64,000 nt of DNA from an uncultured archaeon (GCA_964508365.1 CAZDTP010000003.1:2589-66588), one strand, 5' to 3'; shown: positions 21,234 to 30,775, numbered from the stretch's first letter. Program-made: numbers and translations. Notes: generated by a model not told the origin, from the sequence alone.

Positions 21234-22694
21234 CTAAAAATGATTTGATGAAGTGTATACCGTTTGTTCTGCTTTATAACTTTCAATCAATTTAATGATA
21301 TTCTCAACATTTCCTTTTTTAATCAAAGTAATCAAATTCTTCTTTTTCTCTACTTCAAGTTCATAGGGGTATGTCTCAATTAATCCCCTAACTTGGGTCA
21401 ATCCAAGATATTTTCTTGTATAATTTGCGTTAGAATATTTATATGTCGTTAGAAATTCGCTATCTAACTTCTTTCTAAAATGTTCCAATACAATATTAAA
21501 GTAATTCCGTAGTAAAAGTTGATCGTTAAATGATAACTCTGGATTAAGAAAAATCTGGATGGGATGGGTGCGATAAGTATTCCCAGATACATAAATCCCA
21601 TCAACTCCAAAATGTTCCTTAACTATTCCTAAACCTGCTCTTCCATCAATTGAACCTGTATCTACAGTTCGGGCGTAAAGAATGTTTCTATGCAACTTCC
21701 CTTGTAAATTTTTATTTACGTTGAGAATCAACTCTCTATAATGATTATTTTCATATTTATTAGCATCGATGACAGAAATCTCATATGGGCCTGAATTTTT
21801 TAAAACTTCATCATGTTGTAGATAATAACTAATTTTTAATGGATTATGAGCGGTGTATTCTTCTAAAAATTCATCAAATTCAGAACCCGCTCGATATTTG
21901 TATTTTGGGGTTAAATGATATTCTCTATTCAAAAAAGAGTTTTTATTATCAAATTTAATAGCTTTAAAAGATTGAACTTCATCATTTTGTTGTGCTTTTC
22001 TATTAAAGAAACAAATACAAATGTTTGTTCCCGTAAATTCAAACATACCCGTTTCAAATATGATCATTTTAGTTATTTTATAATATTTTAAAAAATCCCG
22101 TCGAACTTTGTTAGAAACAGATGCACCAAATAAGAAATTAGAAGGGATAACATAGATTAAATTACCTATTTTACTACGTAAATCATTTATCATAGCAATT
22201 TGATATAAATCTTGATATCCTTCGTTCTCGTTTTTAAAATAGTCCAGATATTTTTGGGTTTCTTTGTGTTTTTTTATGTATCCTAAATATAAGTATGGTG
22301 GATTTGTAATATGAAATATAGGAAATGCTTTACGCTTTAATATCTGAGGAAAACTTTCGAGATTATCGCGTATTTTTATATTTGTACATGCAATCTTGCC
22401 AGAAATTCCATATAATTTAGCGTTATCTATACACGCTTTAATCATTTCCTCATGTACATCAGCTAAAAAAATGTGATCCTTGAAAAAAGTTTCTCGCTCA
22501 TCAGGTGGTATTTCTTTCAGTATCGGCAAAATTAGGTTGCCCTCACCAGCGTAGAGATCAACCCATAAGTATTTCCTTAAGAAATTTTTAATCTCGGGAA
22601 GAATAAATTTATAAAAAATATTAAAAGATGTTAAATGTTGGCCATACTTGCGTCTTTTCGCTTTTTCCTCGATATCTTGTGCTTTATTCCCCAT
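21234..22694 (-). CDS. N6-adenine DNA methyltransferase-like protein
   Basis: KYGQHLT, WVDLYAGEGNL (motif I), TNPPY (motif IV), IPSNFLF. Confidence 0.75.
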   Translation of the reverse strand: MGNKAQDIEEKAKRRKYGQHLTSFNIFYKFILPEIKNFLRKYLWVDLYAGEGNLILPILKEIPPDERETFFKDHIFLADVHEEMIKACIDNAKLYGISGKIACTNIKIRDNLESFPQILKRKAFPIFHITNPPYLYLGYIKKHKETQKYLDYFKNENEGYQDLYQIAMINDLRSKIGNLIYVIPSNFLFGASVSNKVRRDFLKYYKITKMIIFETGMFEFTGTNICICFFNRKAQQNDEVQSFKAIKFDNKNSFLNREYHLTPKYKYRAGSEFDEFLEEYTAHNPLKISYYLQHDEVLKNSGPYEISVIDANKYENNHYRELILNVNKNLQGKLHRNILYARTVDTGSIDGRAGLGIVKEHFGVDGIYVSGNTYRTHPIQIFLNPELSFNDQLLLRNYFNIVLEHFRKKLDSEFLTTYKYSNANYTRKYLGLTQVRGLIETYPYELEVEKKKNLITLIKKGNVENIIKLIESYKAEQTVYTSSNHF

Positions 22695-22868
22695 TTTTAA
22701 ATATCATATTAAGTTTTTAGCTTTCTTTAATCTAAGTTGTTTTAGTAAAAAATATATTTAAACTCGAAAATTGGTCTCCATTTTTTTTAATAGAGTATCA
22801 ACATTGTTTATTATAAAAATATTGAATTAATGTCAATTAAAAATGACTAAATAATAAAGTGAAATAAT

Positions 22869-24113
22869 ATGAATGATTTCGAGAACCAAGTTGTAAAGAA
22901 CTATATCGCTCAAGTTAAACAAAAACTTCCTGAATGGTTAAAATGGAAGGAAGATGAATTAAAAAATGTGCTTGAGGATCTAGAAGCGCAGTTATACGGT
23001 GAGGCACGGACTATTTCTCAAAGAGAAGAAGTAACTGACGCAGATTTACGTGAAGCAATCCGTAGAATGGGTTCACCTGAAAGCATAGCTAAGTTGTATA
23101 AACTTCGAGGTACCCCAAAATTCTATATAACCCAAGAACTTTTTGATTTTTACTTAAGATCGTTATTTTTCTTCTTTGGAATTGTTATATTTATTAACAT
23201 CATTGTCGCAGTTTTTCAATTCTTTTTTAGACCATTTTGGGGAGTACTAGGAGGAATGCTATCTGGTATTTGGATCGGTTGTCTTATAGCTGCCATCGTA
23301 ATAACTATCGTATTTGTTTATTTTTCGATGGAAGGATTCTTACCAGAAGATTTTGGAGTTATTCCTAGAAGGTTAGCAATCATATTCCCATTTAACTTTA
23401 CTGAAGAAGATATGGAAGAAACGAGAGCCTACACTAAACAACGCATAGAACAAGCTAAACTAATTGGAAGAGAAAAGCTCGAAGAGGCTAAAATACGCGT
23501 GGACGAAAAATTAGCTGAGAAACGAATAATGAGAGAAGAGAAAAGAATTGAAGCTAAAATACTTCGCAAACAAAAAATGGAAGAAGCGAAGGCTTTACGA
23601 AAGCAAAAATTAGAGGAAGCCAAGGAAAAACGGTTGATTAAAAAAACTCAACCCGTTACTGTTGGTGAATTAATATTTGGTACTACAGCAGGTATTATAT
23701 TTGGCTTACTTTTAATAATGCAACCTTTTTCAGTCACGGGGTTGATGCAACCAGCTTTCTTAGATTGGCTTCAAATCTTTGGGTTTTTAATTTTCGTTAG
23801 TGGTTTATTTAGTTTAATTAGGCTCGTAATCGGAGTTAGTAACTATACCGGTCAGCAAGTTTTTCTAATAATTGGAGCTCTTTACAAGTTTTCATATATC
23901 CCATTGTTTATATTTCTCCTAAACTATCCACAGATTTTTCCAATATCGTTATTTTCAGGAGGAGCAATCTCTTCCATACCAGCCGATCCGACAAACCTTA
24001 CCTTCATAATTTATTTCTGGGTAATAATTTTAATAATTGTCGGTACTTTTGGCGGAATGATTGGGAATTTTGTGAAAGTAGGTAAGTATTCCAAATTAAA
24101 AAAGGCTTATTAA
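22869..24113 (+). CDS. HAAS-domain membrane protein with 11-residue coiled-coil insertion
   Basis: YIAQVKQKLP...LEDLE...MGSPESIA HAAS pattern; paralog of 25025..26050 (shared SMEGF/YxPEDF). Confidence 0.7.
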   Translation: MNDFENQVVKNYIAQVKQKLPEWLKWKEDELKNVLEDLEAQLYGEARTISQREEVTDADLREAIRRMGSPESIAKLYKLRGTPKFYITQELFDFYLRSLFFFFGIVIFINIIVAVFQFFFRPFWGVLGGMLSGIWIGCLIAAIVITIVFVYFSMEGFLPEDFGVIPRRLAIIFPFNFTEEDMEETRAYTKQRIEQAKLIGREKLEEAKIRVDEKLAEKRIMREEKRIEAKILRKQKMEEAKALRKQKLEEAKEKRLIKKTQPVTVGELIFGTTAGIIFGLLLIMQPFSVTGLMQPAFLDWLQIFGFLIFVSGLFSLIRLVIGVSNYTGQQVFLIIGALYKFSYIPLFIFLLNYPQIFPISLFSGGAISSIPADPTNLTFIIYFWVIILIIVGTFGGMIGNFVKVGKYSKLKKAY

Positions 24114-24178
24114 ACGCTTTCTTTTTTATTTTTATTTTTTTAGATAATTTTAAACACAAATACAAATTATAAAAGTAA

Positions 24179-24916
24179 ATGAGTCAACATAATTCATTAT
24201 TTATGAAAATCAATCGTCTTTTTAACCATTTTTTGAATAAAAAATTAATTATAATATGTATTTATGTAAATTTAATAACTTTTTTACCTGGACTTCTTAT
24301 TGGGGTGCTAATCGCATATTTTTTTGGTCCAGAAAGTTATAACATAATTGACAATTACATTAGTGATTTAGGATCAATTCGTTATACTCCCACTCCTTTC
24401 ATTTTAGATGCTATAGCAATGACAACTGCTTGCTTTCTCGTACCTATCGTTTTCTATATAACAAAAGTAATCGTTTCAGATACAAAAAGTATTATTTTTA
24501 ATTCAAATGAATCAATTTTCAAAAGAATTTTTTATATCTATATCGATTTACACGCGTTTTTTGGTTTGCTTTCACTTCTCTCAGGAGCAGTAGGATTATT
24601 TGGGGTAGGATTATTTAGTGAGGATAGAACTACCGAGTTGGGATTACATTTTACTTTTTCAATTATAGTATTTGCAGGATTAGCTTTTGGAGCGTTATTT
24701 AATGGCATAGCTATACTATTAAAATTAAAAAAAACAATATTTCCGAGACTTTTAGGGCTCTATATGATGGTAGGTCCATTTATAGCAAGTATCTTGTTTT
24801 TATTTCCACCTAATCCATTAACAAGACCCTTTCTTGAATGGATGATGCTTATTGCTGCTTTTTTATGGTTAATCCCCGGATCTCTATTTATTTTAAAAGA
24901 TTTTAACTCAATATAG
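24179..24916 (+). CDS. DUF998-like membrane protein
   Basis: YISDLGS motif, H in TM helix, about 6 TM helices. Confidence 0.6.
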   Translation: MSQHNSLFMKINRLFNHFLNKKLIIICIYVNLITFLPGLLIGVLIAYFFGPESYNIIDNYISDLGSIRYTPTPFILDAIAMTTACFLVPIVFYITKVIVSDTKSIIFNSNESIFKRIFYIYIDLHAFFGLLSLLSGAVGLFGVGLFSEDRTTELGLHFTFSIIVFAGLAFGALFNGIAILLKLKKTIFPRLLGLYMMVGPFIASILFLFPPNPLTRPFLEWMMLIAAFLWLIPGSLFILKDFNSI

Positions 24917-25024
24917 GTTTATAATATGTTAATCTAAAAGAATATTCATCTCAGAAAACGCTAAAATTCTCTAAATAACTAAAATTTAGTGAAAAAATTA
25001 AAGAAAATAAAAAAAATTGTATTA

Positions 25025-26050
25025 TTATTTATATTTCTGTATCTTAACAATGTTATAGATGTTTTCAATCGTTGTTAGGCATGTAATCGCGATGATAAAA
25101 GCCAAAATTCCTCTATACAAGCCATAATACTCTACAGAAATCCCAACATGTATCCATGGTTCTGAAAACCATGGAAAAATTTCAGGACGATTCATTAAGA
25201 TACCAAATAGTGGGATTGCTGAAAGTTTGAGAGGGATCAATAATGCGTGCAATACCTGGTGCGTCGCAGGTCGACGATTACCAATTATTCCCCGAGATAT
25301 ATCTAAAGAACCTTCGAGCATTGCAATTACTCCATAAATTCTTAGAAGATTTAAGAAATCTGGAAAAAACATGTATGTAGGAAAAGGTTGGGATAAAAGC
25401 ACGATACCAAATATCAAAGCGATGCCTCCACCAACAATAGTTTCTCCAGGTTTAATGAAAGGTTTCAAGGATTGCTTTAGAGTTTTAGAAGGAATGCCTC
25501 CTTCCTCAAGTTCTTGTTCCCTTAATTGTTTCATTAGTTTTTGCTCTTTTTCGGACTTAAAATCTTCGGGAAAGTATCCTTCCATGGATAAAGCTACGAA
25601 TATTACAGTAACAATTGCAAAAGCAAGGAGAAGTCCCGTTTGAATTCCATTAAAAAGACCTCCTATTAATGTTTCAAAAGAACCACCTCCAGTGAAAAAA
25701 GTCACTATTAACCCAATTATAACCAAGGTAACAATAACAGCAAAAACTGCTCCCAACGCTTTCGTGTAATATGGGAAAAGTTCTTTCGTTATATAGTATT
25801 TAGGCTCTCCACGCCGTTTATATTCTTTGGCAATAGTTTGTGGAGTGCCCATATGATCTATTGCTAGATTAACAGATTTTCCGTCTGGTTCACCCGTTTC
25901 TGATAATTCTGCTGCTTTACTCCATATGTGATCTTCTAAATCAGCCAAGATTTCCTTATGTTCTTTCTTTCCTTTAAGCCATTCGGGAAGACTCTTCTCA
26001 ACTTCTTTTAAATATTCTCTAACAGAATAATTCATATTGTTTTCATTCAT
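25025..26050 (-). CDS. HAAS-domain membrane protein
   Basis: YLKEVEKSLP...LADLEDHI...MGTPQTIAKEY; coupled to the PadR gene. Confidence 0.75.
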   Translation of the reverse strand: MNENNMNYSVREYLKEVEKSLPEWLKGKKEHKEILADLEDHIWSKAAELSETGEPDGKSVNLAIDHMGTPQTIAKEYKRRGEPKYYITKELFPYYTKALGAVFAVIVTLVIIGLIVTFFTGGGSFETLIGGLFNGIQTGLLLAFAIVTVIFVALSMEGYFPEDFKSEKEQKLMKQLREQELEEGGIPSKTLKQSLKPFIKPGETIVGGGIALIFGIVLLSQPFPTYMFFPDFLNLLRIYGVIAMLEGSLDISRGIIGNRRPATHQVLHALLIPLKLSAIPLFGILMNRPEIFPWFSEPWIHVGISVEYYGLYRGILAFIIAITCLTTIENIYNIVKIQKYK

Positions 26051-26564
26051 TTTTTAAGCCTCTTTTATTTAATTCTTCTTCTATATTGTGCCCACATATA
26101 TCGCAAAACCTTGCTTCGAAATTTTGTAAATCAATCTTATTTGCGCATGCTGGGCAATATATATATTTGTTTTGTTTTAAATGAACACTAACATCGAATA
26201 ATGGTGCGATTTCTTCAGTGAGTATTGAATAAAACCCTGATAAATAGTTATATATTTTCTCCCCATAAGTTGTAATGTAGTAGAATTTTCTCTTTCTTCC
26301 TTCCTTCTCTCTTTTAGATGTTATTATTCTATCGTCTTCAAGCTTTCTTAAAATAGGATAAAGCGTGCCTTCTTCAATAACTAGTTTTTTATGTGTTTGT
26401 TCTAGAAGATCTTTTGAGATTTGATATCCATATACACCGTCTTCTCCATATTGATTGATAATGGATAGTATACTGAGCGTTGAAATGCCTCGATTTATTT
26501 CGGATTCAAACTTAGAAGCATACTCTTGAAATTCAGTGTCCATTCCTTCCACTTTTTTTATCAA
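26043..26564 (-). CDS. PadR-family transcriptional regulator with C-terminal zinc ribbon
   Basis: YGYQI, EGTLYPILRKLE, RKFYYIT; CPAC...CDICG. Confidence 0.9.
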   Translation of the reverse strand: MIKKVEGMDTEFQEYASKFESEINRGISTLSILSIINQYGEDGVYGYQISKDLLEQTHKKLVIEEGTLYPILRKLEDDRIITSKREKEGRKRKFYYITTYGEKIYNYLSGFYSILTEEIAPLFDVSVHLKQNKYIYCPACANKIDLQNFEARFCDICGHNIEEELNKRGLKNE

Positions 26565-26572
26565 TTTTTGTG

Positions 26573-26594
26573 GTAATAAATAAAAATTTATTAC
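26573..26594. promoter_or_regulatory. Inverted repeat, candidate PadR operator
   Basis: Perfect 9-bp arms GTAATAAAT-N4-ATTTATTAC between divergent padR and larE. Confidence 0.55.
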
Positions 26595-26625
26595 TCAGCA
26601 AGTTTTCTAACGAATTAGAATAACG

Positions 26626-27456
26626 ATGGATTTATCTAAGAATCTGAACGGTAAGCTTGAGAGTCTCACTTCCTTCTTAAAAAATAAAAAAGTAATAGTT
26701 GCATTTTCTGGAGGAGTTGACAGCAGTCTATTGGCGTTTCTTTCAATTAAATACGCTGAAAAAGCATTACTTGTAACTGAAAAATCAATCCTCTATCCTG
26801 ACGATGAGATTCAATTAACTAGTGAGTTTGCAAAAAAATATGACATAAATCATTTGATAATTGAGCGAGATCCCTTAAAAGATAAGAATTTTAGAGTTAA
26901 TCCTAAAAATCGGTGTTACATTTGTAAAACAGGCTTATATAAGGACATCATAAAAATTAAGGAAGAAAGGAATTATGATTTAATATTAGATGGATCAAAT
27001 ATAGACGATTTATCAGATTATAGACCAGGAATGCAAGCAGTGAAAGAATTAAATATTACTACTCCTTATATAGATTTCAAAATAAACAAACAAGAGATTA
27101 GAGAGATATGCAAATACTTTAATTTAGAAGTGCAATCGAAACCTTCGATGGCGTGTTTTTCATCGCGTATACCTTATGATCAAGATATCAACAAGGAAAA
27201 ATTAGATATGATTAGAGACGCTGAGAATTTCTTGAAAAACACGTACAATTTAAAACAATTACGAGTTAGACTTCACGAAGGAAAACTAGCACGAATCGAA
27301 CTAATGCCCCAAGACATTATAAAGGTTATGACTAATGATAACATCAAAAAGATTAAAGCTAAATTGAAGCAATTAGGATTTTGCTACATTACGGTTGATT
27401 TAGAAGGATTTAGGTCCGGATCATTAAACGAAGTTCTCGATCTTAATGAAGATTAA
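26626..27456 (+). CDS. larE: ATP-dependent sacrificial sulfur transferase LarE
   Basis: PP-loop SGGVDSS, RCYICK, DGSNIDDLSDYRPG, KPSMACFSSRIPY, QLRVRLH. Confidence 0.9.
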   Translation: MDLSKNLNGKLESLTSFLKNKKVIVAFSGGVDSSLLAFLSIKYAEKALLVTEKSILYPDDEIQLTSEFAKKYDINHLIIERDPLKDKNFRVNPKNRCYICKTGLYKDIIKIKEERNYDLILDGSNIDDLSDYRPGMQAVKELNITTPYIDFKINKQEIREICKYFNLEVQSKPSMACFSSRIPYDQDINKEKLDMIRDAENFLKNTYNLKQLRVRLHEGKLARIELMPQDIIKVMTNDNIKKIKAKLKQLGFCYITVDLEGFRSGSLNEVLDLNED

Positions 27457-28859
27457 TTTTTAATATAATCAATAATTTTTTGTCTCTTTTTCAGAGCCTC
27501 TGAAGCTGCCTTTTCTATTTGTTTTTCCATTTCTAGCTTCTGGTCTGGAGAATCCTCTCCAATTACTTGTTTAATTTTTGTATAAGCAGATTCTCGAAAT
27601 TGAGGGAGGATTGATTTTTTTTCTTCCCCCTTGAAAATCATGTTTACTTGATTAGAACTGTCGACATAGCCGATTTCAGCACATTTAATATTTTGGGTTG
27701 CCAAATCACGAATGATCTGTTCCGATATACTTTCGGAGCAATAAATTAGGAGTGCATCTAGAGATACTCCTAAATAATCGACTCCCACTTTAACTAATAA
27801 TTCTAGCACTGCGGGATTAACAAGTTCTCTTACGCGCGGTTCATAGATTGTTACGCCCGATTTAGATTCGTAGTTTATTTCATATAAATCTCCTCTAAGA
27901 CCCCCATTTGTTACATCGCACATAGCCCTAATGTCTTTAAGATATTCTTTTTTTAATAGGATATTACAAGCTTCAAGGAATTTAATGTTCATAGTCTCTT
28001 TTACGGCATCATGATTTCCCGAATATATTGCTGTAGTGGTTATAGTTCCACCTCCCGCACCTTCAGTCATCAATATTTTATCTCCAACTTGAATATTGCG
28101 CCTTGCTAATAATTTGTTTCGAGCAACTCCAACCGCACTAATTCCACCTACTAATCTATTGCCAATAACCATGTCTCCTCCTATTCTTAATGTGGAGCCT
28201 GCGGTTATTGGTACTCCTGATAATTCGGCAACTGTAGAAATACCGGCCATAAAATCAAATAATTTTCCTACATCAGCGTCGTCGCCTAAATGAACATCAA
28301 TCATAATAGATATTGGTTTAGCACCTTTTACATAGAGATCTCGTAGTGCGGCTCTCGATACGCTTCATGCAAACGCTTTACATGAAATTACGTGAAAACC
28401 ACATAAGAATGGAAAGTCACTTAATCGACTATGGATTCCCTCCATTTTAGATACAATAATTAAATCATCGTCTGCTTTAAATCCTTCAATATCACTAATT
28501 TTCACAGCACCAGCATCATCCAAAGAACTAGGTTGCAAATATGCTTTTTTCTCTGTTTCAGACAACTTTGCAATGAGTTTATGAACAAAATAGTCGCCTG
28601 CTCCTCTACAACCCACTCCTTGTTTTCCAACAGTCACATTTGCCTTATTAATCTCCAACAAATATCTCATAAAAGGATCTGAAACAATTTTTATATCACT
28701 CCTTTTACATTCTTCATAAATTGCAGTAGCAAGAGGAGTTGCGGACTCTTTTCCGATGTCTTTAAAATCCATATATTCGTTAACAAGCCGTACAATAATT
28801 TCTTCCTTTGTTAAACCCTTTTTCATTAATTTTCTAGTTAAACCTTCTAAATCACTCAA
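27453..28859 (-). CDS. AIR-synthase-related (HypE/PurM fold) predicted nickel-metalloenzyme maturation protein, interrupted by a 30-nt intron (exons 28859-28388 and 28357-27453; 458 aa spliced)
   Basis: The two track ORFs are in the same frame, separated by one TGA (28365-28367); motifs GVGCRGAGD, EGIHSRLSDFPF, RAALRD, GGDMVIG, DVTNGGLRGD; removing 30 nt yields GFHVTRAALRD. Confidence 0.88.
28358..28387 (-). other. Predicted archaeal bulge-helix-bulge (BHB) mRNA intron, 30 nt
   Basis: Exon stem UGUGGUUUUC/GAGAGCCGCA; 4-bp helix ACGU/GCGU; 3-nt bulges AAU and AUC; intron stem UUCAUGUAAA/UUUGCAUGAA with GCG loop; contains the in-frame UGA. Confidence 0.85.
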
Positions 28860-29574
28860 TTATAAAACCTTTTGTATATAAATCAATCTATGTTAATTTA
28901 TTGAATAAAGAGATTATAAAATATATTACCCTATCACATCTCTTTTTTTGGGAAAGTTTCTCTTATTACTTATACTTCTATAAGTTAAAAAGAATATTGC
29001 TCGATCAAAATATGTTTGATAATTTTGAAGTAGTTACATAGTGAAAGTTAAGACATCTTCATTTGTAAAACTATTTATTATCTTTTTGGTTAAAACTGAA
29101 TTTATTATAATTATTATGAGGGTGATTACAAAAATAATTATTTTAATCAACTTCTTTTTTTTTGACAAGGAAACTCAATTCCAAGATTACATTTGTTGGT
29201 ATCCCAAATCAGTTAAGGAAATTATTAAAAAAATTATTTGAGAGTCTTTTTTTGATAAATTAAGCCATTTCTAATTCTCTTTATTTTTTTCCAAAAAAAT
29301 AAATATTATAATTGTTTTTAATGATACAGATATAGAAATGATTTGATATCCTTAAATCTCAATTGTTACTTTAAATTAACCTGAATATCAAATGAGATAT
29401 TCAAACGGAAATAAAATATAATAACTGTTGTTTTATCGTTAGGGTTTTTTAATTTATTTATTCAACTTGGTTAATTTAACGAAATAATTAATTATAGATT
29501 AAAAAATGATAAGAGGTTAATATCAACATTAGAATTTCTTGTAAAAATAGAAAAGATAATTTAATGGTGGTGAA

Positions 29575-29841
29575 ATGACCAAAAAAGAAAATTTTATAAA
29601 AAGAGTATATGATATTGCAACAGAATTAAAGCTTCCTTTGATGGATGAAAGAGTTCAAGATGATGTAAATTTTAAAACAAATAAAGCGATTGCCACAGTA
29701 AAATTCTCCTTTGAGGAAGATGAAGCTGTAATACGAGGTTTTCTAGGATTAGCCGAATATTTCCACACAGTCATTATTAAGCGAAAAGATAAATTTTACA
29801 TTCCCGATGACCATAAATTGTTTATATTAGAAAGTGGCTAA
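29575..29841 (+). CDS. Hypothetical protein
   Basis: GGTGGTGA RBS directly before ATG; 88-aa ORF with plausible composition. Confidence 0.65.
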   Translation: MTKKENFIKRVYDIATELKLPLMDERVQDDVNFKTNKAIATVKFSFEEDEAVIRGFLGLAEYFHTVIIKRKDKFYIPDDHKLFILESG

Positions 29842-29879
29842 ATCAAAATTTATAAAATTAGGAATATGTAAAGAAAATC

Positions 29880-30152
29880 GTGAATAAAATGCATAAATAT
29901 TTTTGTAAAAAATGTAAAAAAAATCATTATCGAGGTAAAATCTATAAAGATCATTTGGTTTACAAAAGAAATGAATTTATTAATGATATAAATCCTGAAA
30001 TTGATTATATAAAAGTAGATCTCGACACATTAAGACCCATTGCCAAACGCCAGTTACGTAAGTTATTAAAAAAAGTGAAGTCATCTGACAATCATGAGCT
30101 TTATAGAAATGAAATTATTAAATTAATAGAATATGAAAATAGGAAAAGTTAA
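29880..30152 (+). CDS. Small protein with N-terminal C2H2-like zinc finger
   Basis: CKKC-x3-H...H; stop overlaps the TBP start. Confidence 0.55.
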   Translation: MNKMHKYFCKKCKKNHYRGKIYKDHLVYKRNEFINDINPEIDYIKVDLDTLRPIAKRQLRKLLKKVKSSDNHELYRNEIIKLIEYENRKS

Positions 30153-30775
30153 TGTCAAATATTAATAATAATCAAAAAATAAGTGAAGTTCTATTAGATT
30201 ATAAAATAAATAATATTGTTGCTACAGTAAAATTAAATCTTAATAAAAAAATAGATCTTACTGAATTAGCGCAGAAATTATGTAATACTGAATATAATCC
30301 TAAGAGATTTCCTGGAGTCATACATAGGCAAGAAAAACCTCGAGCTACATTTTTAATTTTTTCTACTGGTAAAATGGTTGTTACAGGGCTTGAAATTTTG
30401 GAAGATGTAGAGAAAGCTGTTAGAAAATTATTAAAAAAAATTAAAAAGGCTGGGATTAAACCATCTAATCTCATAATTGTTATTGAAAATATTGTAGCCA
30501 ATGGTGATTTGCATACACTTATAAATTTGAATAAAGCAGTTTTACTGATGGATTTTGTTATGTACGAACCGGAAGTCTTTCCAGGATTAATTTATTATAT
30601 GAAAAATCCCCGAGCAGTATTTCTATTATTTTCTACGGGTAAATTTGTTTGTACAGGAATAAAGGAGAAGAAAAATTTGAAAAAAGCTGTTTCAAAGTTA
30701 AAGCGAGAGATTAATAATTTAGCTGTAACCAGTGAAGAAGCTATCGAAGATGAGTTTGAATTAACATTTCTATAA
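30152..30775 (+). CDS. tbp: TATA-box-binding protein (probable paralog)
   Basis: Two TBP repeats: NIVA...YNPKRFPG...LIFSTGK and NIVA...YEPEVFPGLIY...LLFSTGK. Confidence 0.92.
   Translation: MSNINNNQKISEVLLDYKINNIVATVKLNLNKKIDLTELAQKLCNTEYNPKRFPGVIHRQEKPRATFLIFSTGKMVVTGLEILEDVEKAVRKLLKKIKKAGIKPSNLIIVIENIVANGDLHTLINLNKAVLLMDFVMYEPEVFPGLIYYMKNPRAVFLLFSTGKFVCTGIKEKKNLKKAVSKLKREINNLAVTSEEAIEDEFELTFL

Noticed and set aside
28365-28367. In-frame TGA as a selenocysteine codon (SelD shares the AIR-synthase fold and Asgard archaea use Sec)
   Set aside because: The TGA lies in a 10-codon segment that appears to be an insertion in a conserved motif rather than at a Cys-equivalent position; the perfect BHB and the motif-restoring excision explain it better; no SECIS was recognised
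27453-28859. Two separate genes or a frameshifted pseudogene
   Set aside because: Both halves are in the same frame and the intervening codons (RAALRDLYVKGAKP) are conserved family sequence
29041-29241. 66-aa hydrophobic ORF
   Set aside because: Low-complexity I/F/K-rich product expected from AT-rich intergenic DNA; no RBS or motif
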